NCBI GenBank assembly: GCA_963705505.1
Contig: CAVPJU010000003.1
Location: 32,001-96,000, forward strand
From: an uncultured bacterium
GTDB taxonomy: Bacteria > Desulfobacterota_D > UBA1144 > Nemesobacterales > UBA2774
Direction: 5' to 3'
DNA length: 64,000 nucleotides
A model generated the notes under the pieces. That model did not search any database and was not told the DNA's origin. It saw only the letters and a program-made list of their open reading frames with translations. Both the position numbers and the translations under genes were made by a program. Shown here piece by piece: positions 49,444 through 60,235 of this stretch (the first letter of the stretch is position 1; the number at the start of each line of letters is the position of its first letter).

Positions 49444-51870
49444 ATGAACCCGAAAACGTCCCGCATCCGTCTCGCGCTGCTGATTATCCTGTCGATATCG
49501 GCGGTATGTGTTTCCATGCCGTTCGCATCGGTATCCGGGGAAAACCCCGCGAAGCCGGAAGAAACTGTCGTCGTGCTTGAGGAATGGCAGGTAAAAGGGC
49601 TCACCGGAGCCTTGCAAGACCCGAATCCCGCGGTCGTGCAAAAGGCGATAGGGGAGCTTGCCAAAACCAAGAAAAGGAGCGATATCCCCGAGCTCCCCGG
49701 GCTGCTGAAGGATAAGGATATTCAGGTCCGTAAAGCCGCATTGATGGCTGCCGGGGGGATGGGGGCATCTTCAAAAGACCTCCTTCCTCAGATCGTTGAG
49801 AATCTGGGCGACAGTAACGATAGCATCCGCTACAACGCGGTGGCGGCCCTCAGTAAAATCGGCGGCTTGAATTCGAAACAGACCCAGTCGGTGATTCCGC
49901 TCCTGGGCGACAAGGACAAATTGGTAAGCCTCGCGGCCGTCGAGGTGATCGCAAGTAATTCGAAGGCATCCGCTCAGCAGATACAGGCGGTAGTGCGTCT
50001 CCTGAATAATAAAAACCCCGACACGCGCTCGGCTGCGGCAGCCGTGCTCGGCAAAATGGGGCCTGCGGGCTCGCGGCAGAGCGCCAAAATTGCAAGACTC
50101 CTCAAGGATGAGGACGAAGAGGTCAGGATAAGCGCAGTACGCGCTCTCGGGGCGTTCGGGGAATCCTCAAAACCCTACGCGAAGGAAATCGCCGGCTTAT
50201 TAAGAGACAGGAGCGGGTACATAAGGCTCAGTGTTCTACAATCGCTCGGAAATATCGGCGACATACCGAAAGAGTCACGGTCCCTCGTAGTCGCGTTATT
50301 AAAGGACAGGGACAGGAGAGTCAACGACGAAGCTGCAAGAACTATAGGCAAGATCGGTAAAGGGAAAAGCGATACAGTGGACGCAGTCGTGTATCTGCTG
50401 AAAGACCTGAACACAAATGTGAGAATGAACGCGCTTAACGCACTGGGCGAGCTCGGAACCAGCGCCCAGGATAAAGCGCCCCGGGTAGCGGAGCTTCTTA
50501 ACGACCCGGACCCTTTCGTACGCATGTCGGCAATTAATGCTTTGGCTAAAATGGGGGAGCGCGGGAAAGCAGAGGCCCCTAAGATCGAGGAGCACGTCAG
50601 GGATCAAGACACGAGAGTCAGCTACAACGCGATCAGAGCGTTGAGCAAAATGGGGAAACAGGGGGAAAATTACACCGAAGTATTCATGGAGCTGCTCAAG
50701 TCCAATGATAAAGTAATCAGGTCCAACGCTGCCCTGGAAATTGCATCTGCGGGAGAGCTTACGAAACCCCAGTTGGAGCAAATCGTGGGGATGCTGAAAA
50801 ACAGGGAAATAAAATTCCGCAGTACCGGGACATTCATTCTCGGCAAGATGGGAGAAAAGGCGGGGGACGCGGTGCCTTCCATTGCCGAGCTTCTGAAGGA
50901 CCCGAACCCTGTGATAAGGTCTACGGCGCTCGATGCGCTGGGGAAGATAGGGCAGGCCTCAAGCGGCCAGGCACCCCAGATCGCTTCCATGCTGAACGAC
51001 CCCGACGAGGACGTCCGCGCCAATGCCGCATGGGCTCTCGGACAAATCGGCCCCTCGGCCGAACCCGAGATTCCCGGGATTGCGAAACTATTGAAGGACA
51101 AATCGGTCAAGGTGCGGATCAATGCGGTGGACGCCTTGCTCAGTCTGGGTGAGCCGGCCCGGAATTATAATTCCGATATAGCCGCCCTTCTTAACGATGA
51201 GGACGAGAAAGTCAGGACTATTACGGCGATTGCGCTCGGGAGGATGGGCCCTCGAGCGGCGGACCAGGCTCCGAAGCTCGGTGAATTCATAAAAACCCGG
51301 AACGACGGCAAGCGGGAGAACAGGAATAGCGTCAATGCAGGCCTCGAAGCACTGGGAAACATGGGGAACGCGGCGAGCGGACAAGCCGGAGTGGTCGTAG
51401 AAACCCTCAACAGCGAGAAACAGATAATCCGTGTTACGGCAAGGGAAGCGCTCTGGAAAATGAGCCCCCTCGATAATAAGGCGGTGCTGGGAATACTCGC
51501 CGCCACATACAATAATCCGTCCGGCACCGACGATCTCAGACTGCTCGCACACTACGCCGGCGGAGGGGACGAGACAACCGAAATGCTTATAAAATGGGTA
51601 GGCGCCAATGCGGAAAAAGCACCCGCCTCTATGGACAGAAAGGAGAGTGCGGAAGTGCTTAACCTTTATCTCGACAATTGGGAATACACCGGGGGGAACG
51701 TGAAAATGCGTGAGGATTTCGTTAACCGCATTTCGGGAGCGGTGGAAGCCGGGGAATGGACAAGGGAAGACCTCCCACTGTTGAAAAAGGCCGAGGAAAC
51801 CCTGAAGTCCGGCAAATACGAAAACCAGGCTAACGCGATAAATGAGAAGATAGGAAAGGTGGAGGGATAG
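49444..51870 (+). CDS. HEAT repeat protein with signal peptide
   Basis: About 18 ~33-aa repeats LL.D.D..VR..A..ALG.MG; N-terminal hydrophobic signal; start may be 49393. Confidence 0.88.
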   Translation: MNPKTSRIRLALLIILSISAVCVSMPFASVSGENPAKPEETVVVLEEWQVKGLTGALQDPNPAVVQKAIGELAKTKKRSDIPELPGLLKDKDIQVRKAALMAAGGMGASSKDLLPQIVENLGDSNDSIRYNAVAALSKIGGLNSKQTQSVIPLLGDKDKLVSLAAVEVIASNSKASAQQIQAVVRLLNNKNPDTRSAAAAVLGKMGPAGSRQSAKIARLLKDEDEEVRISAVRALGAFGESSKPYAKEIAGLLRDRSGYIRLSVLQSLGNIGDIPKESRSLVVALLKDRDRRVNDEAARTIGKIGKGKSDTVDAVVYLLKDLNTNVRMNALNALGELGTSAQDKAPRVAELLNDPDPFVRMSAINALAKMGERGKAEAPKIEEHVRDQDTRVSYNAIRALSKMGKQGENYTEVFMELLKSNDKVIRSNAALEIASAGELTKPQLEQIVGMLKNREIKFRSTGTFILGKMGEKAGDAVPSIAELLKDPNPVIRSTALDALGKIGQASSGQAPQIASMLNDPDEDVRANAAWALGQIGPSAEPEIPGIAKLLKDKSVKVRINAVDALLSLGEPARNYNSDIAALLNDEDEKVRTITAIALGRMGPRAADQAPKLGEFIKTRNDGKRENRNSVNAGLEALGNMGNAASGQAGVVVETLNSEKQIIRVTAREALWKMSPLDNKAVLGILAATYNNPSGTDDLRLLAHYAGGGDETTEMLIKWVGANAEKAPASMDRKESAEVLNLYLDNWEYTGGNVKMREDFVNRISGAVEAGEWTREDLPLLKKAEETLKSGKYENQANAINEKIGKVEG

Positions 51871-52035
51871 AGTCGGCAGTATTGCCCGGTGCCCGGTACG
51901 AAAGAGGGCATGCAAAACAAGCGTTTTTTTCAGGTATGATTCCCACCTTAACGAATGACGCGTTATTTCGTCGAACCCGAAAACTCCGATAACGCCGATG
52001 TAACCTCAAGACCTTAGGGAAAGAAGAGAGACTTT

Positions 52036-53283
52036 ATGTTCGGGAAAAAGATATTCTACGGCTGGTACATCGTCGCGGCTTCCCTGGTAATTATCATACT
52101 CGACGGTCTCCTCCTCTACTCCTTCGGCGTATTCCTGCCATATCTCAACAAAGACTTCGGACTCACGACCGCAGCAGGCTCATCGCTCTTCTCTTTCAGG
52201 TCTCTCGTCCAGGCGCCTTGCTTCATACTCGCCGGGAGGCTCATAGACAAATTCGACCCCAGGGCCGTAATCTTCGGCGGCGGGGCGATCGCCGCGGCCG
52301 GAATGATCTTCTCCGGGCTCGCGGTAACCACGTGGCAGCTTTACATCTCCTACGGATTTTTCGTCGGGTTGGGGGACGCGGTCTTATACATAACCTGCGT
52401 AGCTCTCGTGAGCAGATGGTTCGTAAAGAAACGGGCCCTCGCCATAGGGATCATAACGACGGGCGTCCCGCTCAGCGGGCTCATAACCAACCCCCTCACG
52501 GCATGGCTGATACACTCGTTCGGCGTCAGAAATGCCCTCTTTTCGTTAGGCGGCCTCATGATTACGGTGCTGATGGCGGCTTTCGTATTGAGGTCGCGCC
52601 CCGAAGATAAGAACCTCAAGCCCTACGGGGAGGAAAACGGCGGACACGAAGAAATAGCCCGGGACAATAACACCGGCCTAAAGACTGATAAAAGGGACTG
52701 GACCGCGCTCGAAGCAATTTCAACACCGAACTACTGGCTCATGTACTCCGTGTACTTCCTCGGTTTCACTACGTTCCTGATTATCGTGACTCAGTACTAC
52801 AACTTCGAGATCGATCTCCACGTCCCCGCACTGGCCGCAGCGGGACCCCCTGCCGCCATAGGTCTCGGCAGCATAATCGGAAGGACGATTCTCTCCTCCA
52901 TACTCGCGGAGTCTCTCGAATACAGGAAAGTCATCCTGATATGCTTCTTAGCTCAGGGGAGCTCCATAATCCTCCTCCTCGTCTTCGACCATATCTGGGC
53001 GTTTTACCTCTTCGGGTTTCTTTTCGGATTCTTCTACAGCGCATGGGTGCCGATCTTCCCCACTCTTCTCGGGAAGTTTTTCGGACTGGGCGCCCTGGGC
53101 ACGATATACGGGATATTCGGCACGTCCTACTCTATAGCCGCGATCGGCGGCCCCCTGCTTGCGGGATATGTCCATGACGTTACAGGAACCTATATGTACC
53201 CGTTCCTCTTCACCATACTCTGCTGCTACCTCGCGGCTGCGGGCGCCTTTTTCATAAAGACACCCGTCCGCAAACCTGCCTGA
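52036..53283 (+). CDS. MFS transporter (OFA/MCT-like)
   Basis: FYGWYIV, GRLIDKF.PR, RWF.KKRALA.G, 12 TM pattern. Confidence 0.92.
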   Translation: MFGKKIFYGWYIVAASLVIIILDGLLLYSFGVFLPYLNKDFGLTTAAGSSLFSFRSLVQAPCFILAGRLIDKFDPRAVIFGGGAIAAAGMIFSGLAVTTWQLYISYGFFVGLGDAVLYITCVALVSRWFVKKRALAIGIITTGVPLSGLITNPLTAWLIHSFGVRNALFSLGGLMITVLMAAFVLRSRPEDKNLKPYGEENGGHEEIARDNNTGLKTDKRDWTALEAISTPNYWLMYSVYFLGFTTFLIIVTQYYNFEIDLHVPALAAAGPPAAIGLGSIIGRTILSSILAESLEYRKVILICFLAQGSSIILLLVFDHIWAFYLFGFLFGFFYSAWVPIFPTLLGKFFGLGALGTIYGIFGTSYSIAAIGGPLLAGYVHDVTGTYMYPFLFTILCCYLAAAGAFFIKTPVRKPA

Positions 53284-53394
53284 TCCCGCAATTACAAAAC
53301 CGGCCGGCGATTTTCTTTTAAGGCAAAAAACGGGTTCTATATAATCTGCCGGAATCAATTTGTCCCGGAAGAAATAAAATCTGGAGACGTTTAA

Positions 53395-54870
53395 TTGAGC
53401 AACGATACGGCGAGGCTCATAAGGTCCGAAGGCGAAAGCTTACTCAGGGGGCTCTACGGGGAGCTGTTCATGAACCTTGCGGGCAGAAGGACAGAAGCCC
53501 GCACAGCGGACATTTACAACGCCCACAGAGAGCTCCTCGAGCCCGAGCTCTTCATATCCCACAAAGGGGCCGCGCGTATAGAACAAAACCCGGGCGGCAT
53601 GCTCATATCCTCGTTTCTGGCCGGTGCTTTCCTCGGGGGAAAGTGCTCGGGACTCACCGACAGGATACTGACCCTCGAGGCGGGTGAAGAATTCCGGGCG
53701 GGCGGCAGGAAAATTACAATTCGATCTATGAAGGCAGAGATACTGTCCGAGCCGAAAAAACAAAAAAGGGTTGAAATCGGGAGCGGGAGCGGTGAAATAT
53801 TAAACAGGCTCAACCCGCTCTACAGTCAAAAACTCGAGAAACTCACCGAATGCTCCGAGGCGCTCGGCTTCAGGAACTACGGAGAGCTAATAGACGCGAC
53901 CGCAGGTCTCGGTATCTCGCGCCTTAAAGAGGAGGCGGGAAAGTTTCTCAAGGATACCGACTACATCGCGGGCGATATACTGAAGTGGTTTTTTATGAAA
54001 AAAATGGAATTGAATCCGAGAGACGCCTCTCTCGGCGATATGATTCACTTATTGAACTCAGCCGAGCTGAGGGGATATTTTCCGAAAGTCGATCCTGCGG
54101 TTTTCTCGAGAACCGTTCTCGATGGGATGTCTCTCTCTCCGGCTCACGAAACCAAATTCGACACGGAGAAAAGGAGAGGGAAAGCGACGGACGCTTTCTC
54201 AATTCCCGTGAACCCTCCGTTTGAGGCCGCCATATCCATATACCCCGCAGGCGGTATTCAGGATTACGAATCGTTACTGGGATGCCTCGGACACTCATTA
54301 TGCTTCCTATTTACGGAACCCGGCGACGACTTCGAATTCTTATTCCTTAGAGACGAAACTCTCACCGATACATTCTCCCGGCTATTCGCGAATATGCTCT
54401 ATGAACCGAAATGGCTGAGGAAGCATTTAAAAATCGATACGGACGGGGATTTCCTCAATTTTCTCTATCTTAGACGGCTCATGTCGGCAAGGCTCGACGC
54501 GGCGCGTGCGCTCTATGCAGGGGAGCTCTTCGGCGGCGGGGAGACGCGCGAGATGCCCGATTTGTTCTCTCAGATTATGGGAGACGCCGTGAAATGCAGC
54601 GTAAGCGGCAAAAGCTATCTCGCGGAATCCCTGTCTCCGGTCTGCTCGCCTTTCCGGTTTAAGGCCGAGCTTGCAGTGCCCGGGCTCCGTCATTTCATGA
54701 TGGAATCGTTCGACGAGGAGTGGTGGAGGACGAAGGCGGCGGGGGATTTCATGAGAGGCATCTGGTCCGGCGGCGGCAGGATAACAGCCGACTCGCTTTT
54801 GACGAAATCAGGCTGTAAAGAGTCCGATTCGAAAATGCTAGTTCGGAATTTCGAAGATCCGCTCCGGTAA
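53395..54870 (+). CDS. M3/M32-like zincin-fold protein with degenerate zinc site
   Basis: D..KR.GK...AF..P...P, GG..DY..L, F.E.WWR...AG.F...W..G; HExxH position reads GCLGH. Confidence 0.6.
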   Translation: MSNDTARLIRSEGESLLRGLYGELFMNLAGRRTEARTADIYNAHRELLEPELFISHKGAARIEQNPGGMLISSFLAGAFLGGKCSGLTDRILTLEAGEEFRAGGRKITIRSMKAEILSEPKKQKRVEIGSGSGEILNRLNPLYSQKLEKLTECSEALGFRNYGELIDATAGLGISRLKEEAGKFLKDTDYIAGDILKWFFMKKMELNPRDASLGDMIHLLNSAELRGYFPKVDPAVFSRTVLDGMSLSPAHETKFDTEKRRGKATDAFSIPVNPPFEAAISIYPAGGIQDYESLLGCLGHSLCFLFTEPGDDFEFLFLRDETLTDTFSRLFANMLYEPKWLRKHLKIDTDGDFLNFLYLRRLMSARLDAARALYAGELFGGGETREMPDLFSQIMGDAVKCSVSGKSYLAESLSPVCSPFRFKAELAVPGLRHFMMESFDEEWWRTKAAGDFMRGIWSGGGRITADSLLTKSGCKESDSKMLVRNFEDPLR

Positions 54871-54901
54871 GTCCGTTCCGTGGACGAAATCGACCGTCTG
54901 A

Positions 54902-55693
54902 TCAAGGGACAGACGCGTCGATTTTTTTCCGGAGCTCTATCATGGGCTGCTGGCTTACCCTGATTGCGCCCGATAGGCTGCGGTCGAGGTCGGCGATCAG
55001 GTATATGACCGCCGAGAAAGTAAGGGCCAGGAGAATACTTATAATAAAGCTCCTGCCGCCCGTGATTCCGAACTCATACCCTACAGCGCCCATAGCGAGA
55101 ACGGTTACAAAAATCAGTGCATACCAGATGACGGCGGGAATGTGGTACATAAGTGCTACGGTTACTCTCTTCGTATGAAAATCTATTACCTCGTTGAGCG
55201 ATTCTATGAAACTTGACGTGATCTCCTGGTTCGGGGTCTTCGCCACCGCCTCCACCGCCCGGGACCATAGCTTATCCTGGATCTCCTCCGATTCAATTAA
55301 CAACTCCTGGAGCCTCCCCGGTTCCGATAACCATGCCGCTCGGATATCCACGTAATCACGGAAAAGCTTTCTAATTTCCGTACGGTAGGGTTCGACTAAA
55401 AAATCTGTACGGAGAAATGACGTCCCTATCGCGTTCACCTCATCGAGAAGCAGCTGCTTTCTGGTATCGAAACGTGAAGCCGATATTCCGAATGTGAAAG
55501 CCAGCATGAATGCGAGCAGTCCTAGGGTGGCGCCGACGATAGAACCTATAGGCCCCACTTCCTTGTCAGCAGAATGCCTCCTGTTATAGCAGCCTATCCT
55601 GTAGCCAAGGAAGACCGACAGAATAACGAGCAAAAATGAGCCTGTGAATACTCCCCATAGAGGAATTTCAGGCACTAGCGTATTAATATCCAT
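54902..55693 (-). CDS. DUF4239/bestrophin-like membrane protein
   Basis: LGLLAFMLAFTF....RF..R.....EVNAIGT..LR, IADLDR...G.I.VSQQPM. Confidence 0.8.
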   Translation of the reverse strand: MDINTLVPEIPLWGVFTGSFLLVILSVFLGYRIGCYNRRHSADKEVGPIGSIVGATLGLLAFMLAFTFGISASRFDTRKQLLLDEVNAIGTSFLRTDFLVEPYRTEIRKLFRDYVDIRAAWLSEPGRLQELLIESEEIQDKLWSRAVEAVAKTPNQEITSSFIESLNEVIDFHTKRVTVALMYHIPAVIWYALIFVTVLAMGAVGYEFGITGGRSFIISILLALTFSAVIYLIADLDRSLSGAIRVSQQPMIELRKKIDASVP

Positions 55694-55721
55694 TTAATAG
55701 CCTCCCAGGACGCTCCGGGTC

Positions 55722-56717
55722 TCACGGGTTCAATATCACCTTTCCGAACTGGCTCCTGTCCTCGAGCATCTTCTGCGCCAGGGCCGCTTCCGAAAGCGGG
55801 AATTTCTTGTCTATCACCGGACTGAGCCTGCCGAGCGACACGAGGTTGATGACGTTGATGAGATTACTCCTCGGCGCATTGAACACCGTAACACCCAGCA
55901 CGGACAAATCCCTCACGATTACGGGCCCGAAGTTAAATGTCGTCTGTCCTCCCCCGACTACGCCGATAAGGAGAAGCCTGCCCTTCATCTTAAGCGACTT
56001 GAGGTTGTTCTCCCAGACAGAAGCGCCTATCTGGTCGAAAATCAGGTCGACTCCCTTATTGTCCGTTATTTTCTTCACCTCTTCCGAGAAGTCTGCGGTA
56101 TTGTAGTTAATCGTTGCGTCAGCTCCGAGCTTCCGCACCTTTTCGAGCTTTTCATCGCTTCCCGCGGTCGCGATAACGAACGCGCCCCCTTCCTTCGCAA
56201 TCTGAACCGCGGCGCTCCCGGTGCCGCTCCCGGCCGCATGCACGAGCACCGTCTCGCCCTTCTGCATATTACCCCTCTCGAAGAGTCCGTACCATGCAGT
56301 CACGTAGCAGATGGGGAGCGCCGAGGCGTCGTCATAAGATACTTCGTCCGGTATCGGGACGGCGTTTGCGGCCGGGACCTTTACGTACTCCGCGAACCCC
56401 CCGTAGAAATTGACTCCCACAACCACAGGCCCTTTCGGGGTCTTCACGGTCGGGTCTATGACGACGCGGGTCCCGGGAGTTATATCCTTTACGTTTTTGC
56501 CCGCCTTCTCCACATCGCCCGCCACATCGACACCCCCGATATGAGGGAGATCCACAGGCCTGGGCGATTTCCCCGACCTCAGCCGCAGGTCCAGATGGTT
56601 GAGCGACGCGGCCCTCACGCGCACGAGGACCTCGTCATCCCCTATCTCGGGCTCGGGCACGTCTTCATACTTCAGCACATCCACCTCTCCAAACTCGTGG
56701 TAACGGATCGCTTTCAT
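55722..56717 (-). CDS. MDR-family NAD(P)H:quinone oxidoreductase / alcohol dehydrogenase-like
   Basis: LNHLD, G.D.AG.V, AAGSG.G.AA.QIA, FGKVIL; lacks the structural-Zn Cys lobe. Confidence 0.88.
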   Translation of the reverse strand: MKAIRYHEFGEVDVLKYEDVPEPEIGDDEVLVRVRAASLNHLDLRLRSGKSPRPVDLPHIGGVDVAGDVEKAGKNVKDITPGTRVVIDPTVKTPKGPVVVGVNFYGGFAEYVKVPAANAVPIPDEVSYDDASALPICYVTAWYGLFERGNMQKGETVLVHAAGSGTGSAAVQIAKEGGAFVIATAGSDEKLEKVRKLGADATINYNTADFSEEVKKITDNKGVDLIFDQIGASVWENNLKSLKMKGRLLLIGVVGGGQTTFNFGPVIVRDLSVLGVTVFNAPRSNLINVINLVSLGRLSPVIDKKFPLSEAALAQKMLEDRSQFGKVILNP

Positions 56718-56904
56718 CTTCGGGCTCCTTTGTATGCTTGTATTTTAGCGTTCAACCGTTTCATTTTACTACATGCATGGAAAAAATGTAGTATGAGGGA
56801 GTGAGCCGGGTTTCGAACTTTAATTGAACATATCGGTATATTGGGGTAGCCTTTCCTGTATGACTCGGCTGCCGCGGCAGCAGGGAGGGTTAATAAACAG
56901 GCGT

Positions 56905-57177
56905 ATGTTCGGAATCGGAACGAGTGAAATATTAATAATTCTCCTCATTGCGCTCCTCGTCCTCGGGCCTAACGAGATACCTAAGATCGCAAGGACGCTC
57001 GGCAGAGGGATGCGTGAGATCGAGAGAGCGAAGAATGAATTAAGAGATTCGATAAAGTTCGACATCGACGAGAAAGAAACCCCTGAAACGGCAACTGACG
57101 AAAAAGATAAGAGCACGGCAGAAAAGACCGACGAAAAAAGCGTATTTGACAACCCCACCAGTAATTCGCGTATCTGA
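56905..57177 (+). CDS. tatB: Tat translocase subunit TatB (TatA/B family)
   Basis: MFGIG.SE..IIL..AL.VLGP..IP..AR.LG. Confidence 0.8.
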   Translation: MFGIGTSEILIILLIALLVLGPNEIPKIARTLGRGMREIERAKNELRDSIKFDIDEKETPETATDEKDKSTAEKTDEKSVFDNPTSNSRI

Positions 57178-59037
57178 TCAGAAAGCCTGGCCTATGCTTA
57201 TAAAGAACTGAACCCTCCTTATCCCCGGCTCGGGATTGAGAGCGTATCCGACGTCGAACCTGACGGGCCCTATTATCGTATCGTACCTGAGCCCCACGCC
57301 GGGAGCATACTTGATATCGCCCAGCGGGAAGCTCCACTCATCGGCGAATACGTTTCCGTAATCGAAAAAAACTACGCCGCCGAAATCACCGTAAATCGGA
57401 TATCTAACCTCGAAACTGCCCACGAGGAGCGAATTGCCGCCCAGGGGGTCTTTCCCCTCGCTCAGGGGGCCCAGCTTCTGGAATGGGAATCCCCTCATGC
57501 TCGTACTGCCTCCGGCGAAGAACCTCTTGAATATCGGAATGTCGAATGTGCCCGTAGACCCGAACGGCTGTATGACGCCGACAGTGATCTTCTTCGCGAA
57601 AACCATCCTGTATAGTCTTTTATACCCCCTTAGCTCGAGTGTTCCCTTCAAGTAGTTCACGTCCGAGAGCATTGCCCTGAACGAGGATTCGAGGCCGGTC
57701 GAGACGACGAACCCCCGCGTAGGGTTCAGAATATTATCGGTCGTGTCCATCTCGAGACCCGTGTTGAAGAAAGTGAGAAAGAAATTTTCCCTGCTCTTCT
57801 CCTCGGGCGACCTCCTCGCGCTCTTCTGCACCCTCGAGAACTGTACGTTGAAAGAGCCGAACGTCGAGTAGTATTGCGCGAAATCCTTCTGAATCTGGGC
57901 TGTGGTAAGGAAGCTCTCACCCTCGAAGCTCGGGACATCGTCCCTCTGGAAATTGAGCGCCCCCGTTAGACTCGAATCCTTACCGACGATATAGGGCTGT
58001 ATGACGCTCGTCTCCACCCTCTGCGTGATAAACGAGAATTTCCCCGCGACTTCGAGCCTCCTGCCTCCGCCGAAAAAATTCCGCTGTGTCCAGATCACCT
58101 GTCCCCTCAGCTTATCCTCCGTGCCGTAACCCACGCCGAACTTCACGGATCCCTGCTTCCTTTCCTTAACGGCAATTTTCATGTCGGCGATATGCTGATT
58201 CTCGTTATAGACGGGGTCGATGACGACGGATCTGAAAAGCCCGAGCTGGAATATATTGGCCTGCGTCTCGTTGACCTTGGTCAGTGAATAAACCTCTCCA
58301 GGCTTGAATGTCGCTTCTCTTGAAATTATATAACTCTCGACCTTCTCGTTCCCCTCCACGGTGACGGTCCCGAATCTGTATAAGGGACCCGGCTTGATCA
58401 CGAAGGTCGCTTTGGCCCATTTTTCCTTTCTGTTGACCAGGGCTTCGCCTTCGATAGCCGCCTTCGGGTAGCCCTTGTCCGAGAGTATCTGAGTTATCGC
58501 GCCCTTTGTCTGCTGGTATCCGTTCGGGGAGAAGTTCTTGTCCACCTTTAGGGGGACGGCTTTCTCGATCTCTTTTTTTATATCCTCGCTGAGGTCCCCT
58601 TCATATTCGAGGCTGAGCTCGGTAAGCTTGATAGGCTCTCCTTCCTTTATATTGATCGTTATCCGGACCCTGGTGTTATCTTTATTGAATTTAAGCTCGT
58701 AGGACGCTTCGGCATCGTAGTAACCCTGGTTTGCATAAAGCCTCTTTATCCTGATCATGTCGTCCTTCAGCACTTCCTCGTTGAACTCCGGTTTCTTGAC
58801 CCAGAATTTGATGGAGGGGAACTCGGTCCCGATGCTCTGCTCGATCTCCTGCTTCGTGAGCGCTTTTGCTCCGTTTATTCTGATCTTGGAAATACGGATG
58901 ACGGGCTCGGCGGGCTCTTCGGCCTGGGCGCCTTTCGCTTCTTTTTCTTTCTCCTGACAAAAAGCGATGACCGGGTTGCGGATAAATGAAGAGTACAGGA
59001 GCAGGAATGAAAAAGACAAAAAAATATATTTTTTCAT
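57178..59037 (-). CDS. Omp85 family protein (TamA/BamA-like, 3 POTRA domains)
   Basis: POTRA Y...GY repeats, RFFAGG..SMRGF, C-terminal SIGQAF. Confidence 0.9.
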   Translation of the reverse strand: MKKYIFLSFSFLLLYSSFIRNPVIAFCQEKEKEAKGAQAEEPAEPVIRISKIRINGAKALTKQEIEQSIGTEFPSIKFWVKKPEFNEEVLKDDMIRIKRLYANQGYYDAEASYELKFNKDNTRVRITINIKEGEPIKLTELSLEYEGDLSEDIKKEIEKAVPLKVDKNFSPNGYQQTKGAITQILSDKGYPKAAIEGEALVNRKEKWAKATFVIKPGPLYRFGTVTVEGNEKVESYIISREATFKPGEVYSLTKVNETQANIFQLGLFRSVVIDPVYNENQHIADMKIAVKERKQGSVKFGVGYGTEDKLRGQVIWTQRNFFGGGRRLEVAGKFSFITQRVETSVIQPYIVGKDSSLTGALNFQRDDVPSFEGESFLTTAQIQKDFAQYYSTFGSFNVQFSRVQKSARRSPEEKSRENFFLTFFNTGLEMDTTDNILNPTRGFVVSTGLESSFRAMLSDVNYLKGTLELRGYKRLYRMVFAKKITVGVIQPFGSTGTFDIPIFKRFFAGGSTSMRGFPFQKLGPLSEGKDPLGGNSLLVGSFEVRYPIYGDFGGVVFFDYGNVFADEWSFPLGDIKYAPGVGLRYDTIIGPVRFDVGYALNPEPGIRRVQFFISIGQAF

Positions 59038-59192
59038 TTAGAGGACAAAAAATAACGCTTTCCGTTGAAGTCAAGAAAAAGCCAAAATCCTATTATGCCG
59101 AGCTTCGATGAATATGCAAGAGAATACCACAAATTACATCCGTATATATCTGAAAATATCTACGTATTATCAGGATTAATTCGTATCGGGTG

Positions 59193-59222
59193 TTGACAAG
59201 GAAGCCGGGTAGTAATTATAAT
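59193..59222 (+). promoter_or_regulatory. consensus sigma70 promoter of oxidase operon
   Basis: TTGACA - 18 bp - TATAAT. Confidence 0.7.
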
Positions 59223-59290
59223 CCCTGAAGGCTGATATCATCGGCTGCATTAATTCCCTCACGCCGATTACTCGCAGCCTGTCACTCGTC

Positions 59291-60235
59291 ATGGAAAACC
59301 TCGGAGGCCTCTTTAACCCTAGTTCACCCGAAATGGAGGCTATGGCCGATTTAACGTACTACACGATCGGCATTTCCGTCGTAATATTCGGCATCATCGC
59401 AATAGCAGTCACGTACATAATAATCAGGTACAGGAAAAAACCGGGCGACGACCAGGAGCCGTACCAGGATTTCGGGAATCTCAAGGTCGAGGTAATCTGG
59501 ACAGCGATACCGGTCGCTATGGTGGCCTTGCTTTTTTTGCTCACGTGCTCAACGATGCTGACCGTTGACCCTCCCCGGAGGGGCAAGGAGCCCGACCTCA
59601 TAATCATCGGACACCAGTGGTGGTGGGAAATACGTTACCCTGCGTCAGGGGTTCTGACCGCAAACGAAGTCCATATACCCGCCGGGAAGCGCCTCTTCGC
59701 CCGTCTCGAATCGATAGACGTCATACACGATTTCTGGGTCCCCGAGCTCGGGAGGAAAATAGACCTCGTCCCCGGACACCCGAACTACATGTGGATAGTG
59801 GCCGGTGAGCCCGGGGTTTATCCGGGCGCGTGCGCGGAGTTCTGCGGGGACCAGCACGCCAACATGCGCATCCGCGTCGTCGCGGAGACCGAAGAAGACT
59901 TTAATAAATGGCAGAAAGAGCAGCTGGCCGTGCCTCGTACGCCCTCGGCCGGGATTTCGGGAAAGGGGGCGACACTCTTTCAGACGATGGCCTGTATGAA
60001 CTGTCACACCATACGGGGAACGGCTGCCGCCGCGAGGGTGGGACCTGACCTCACTCATCTCACCGACCGTGAGACGATAGGCGCCGGAGTGCTCACCAAC
60101 ACGCCCGAGAACCTTGCGAAATGGCTTTCCAACCCTCAGAAATACAAACCGGGGTCGCTGATGCCCAACATGAAGCTCTCCGATTCCGAATTAAAATCCA
60201 TTGTCGCGTATCTGGAGGCGCTCAATGAGCAGTAG
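59291..60235 (+). CDS. coxB: cytochrome c oxidase subunit II with fused cytochrome c (caa3-type)
   Basis: GHQWWW, DVIHDFWVP, CAEFCG.QHA.M CuA site, CMNCH heme motif. Confidence 0.95.
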   Translation: MENLGGLFNPSSPEMEAMADLTYYTIGISVVIFGIIAIAVTYIIIRYRKKPGDDQEPYQDFGNLKVEVIWTAIPVAMVALLFLLTCSTMLTVDPPRRGKEPDLIIIGHQWWWEIRYPASGVLTANEVHIPAGKRLFARLESIDVIHDFWVPELGRKIDLVPGHPNYMWIVAGEPGVYPGACAEFCGDQHANMRIRVVAETEEDFNKWQKEQLAVPRTPSAGISGKGATLFQTMACMNCHTIRGTAAAARVGPDLTHLTDRETIGAGVLTNTPENLAKWLSNPQKYKPGSLMPNMKLSDSELKSIVAYLEALNEQ

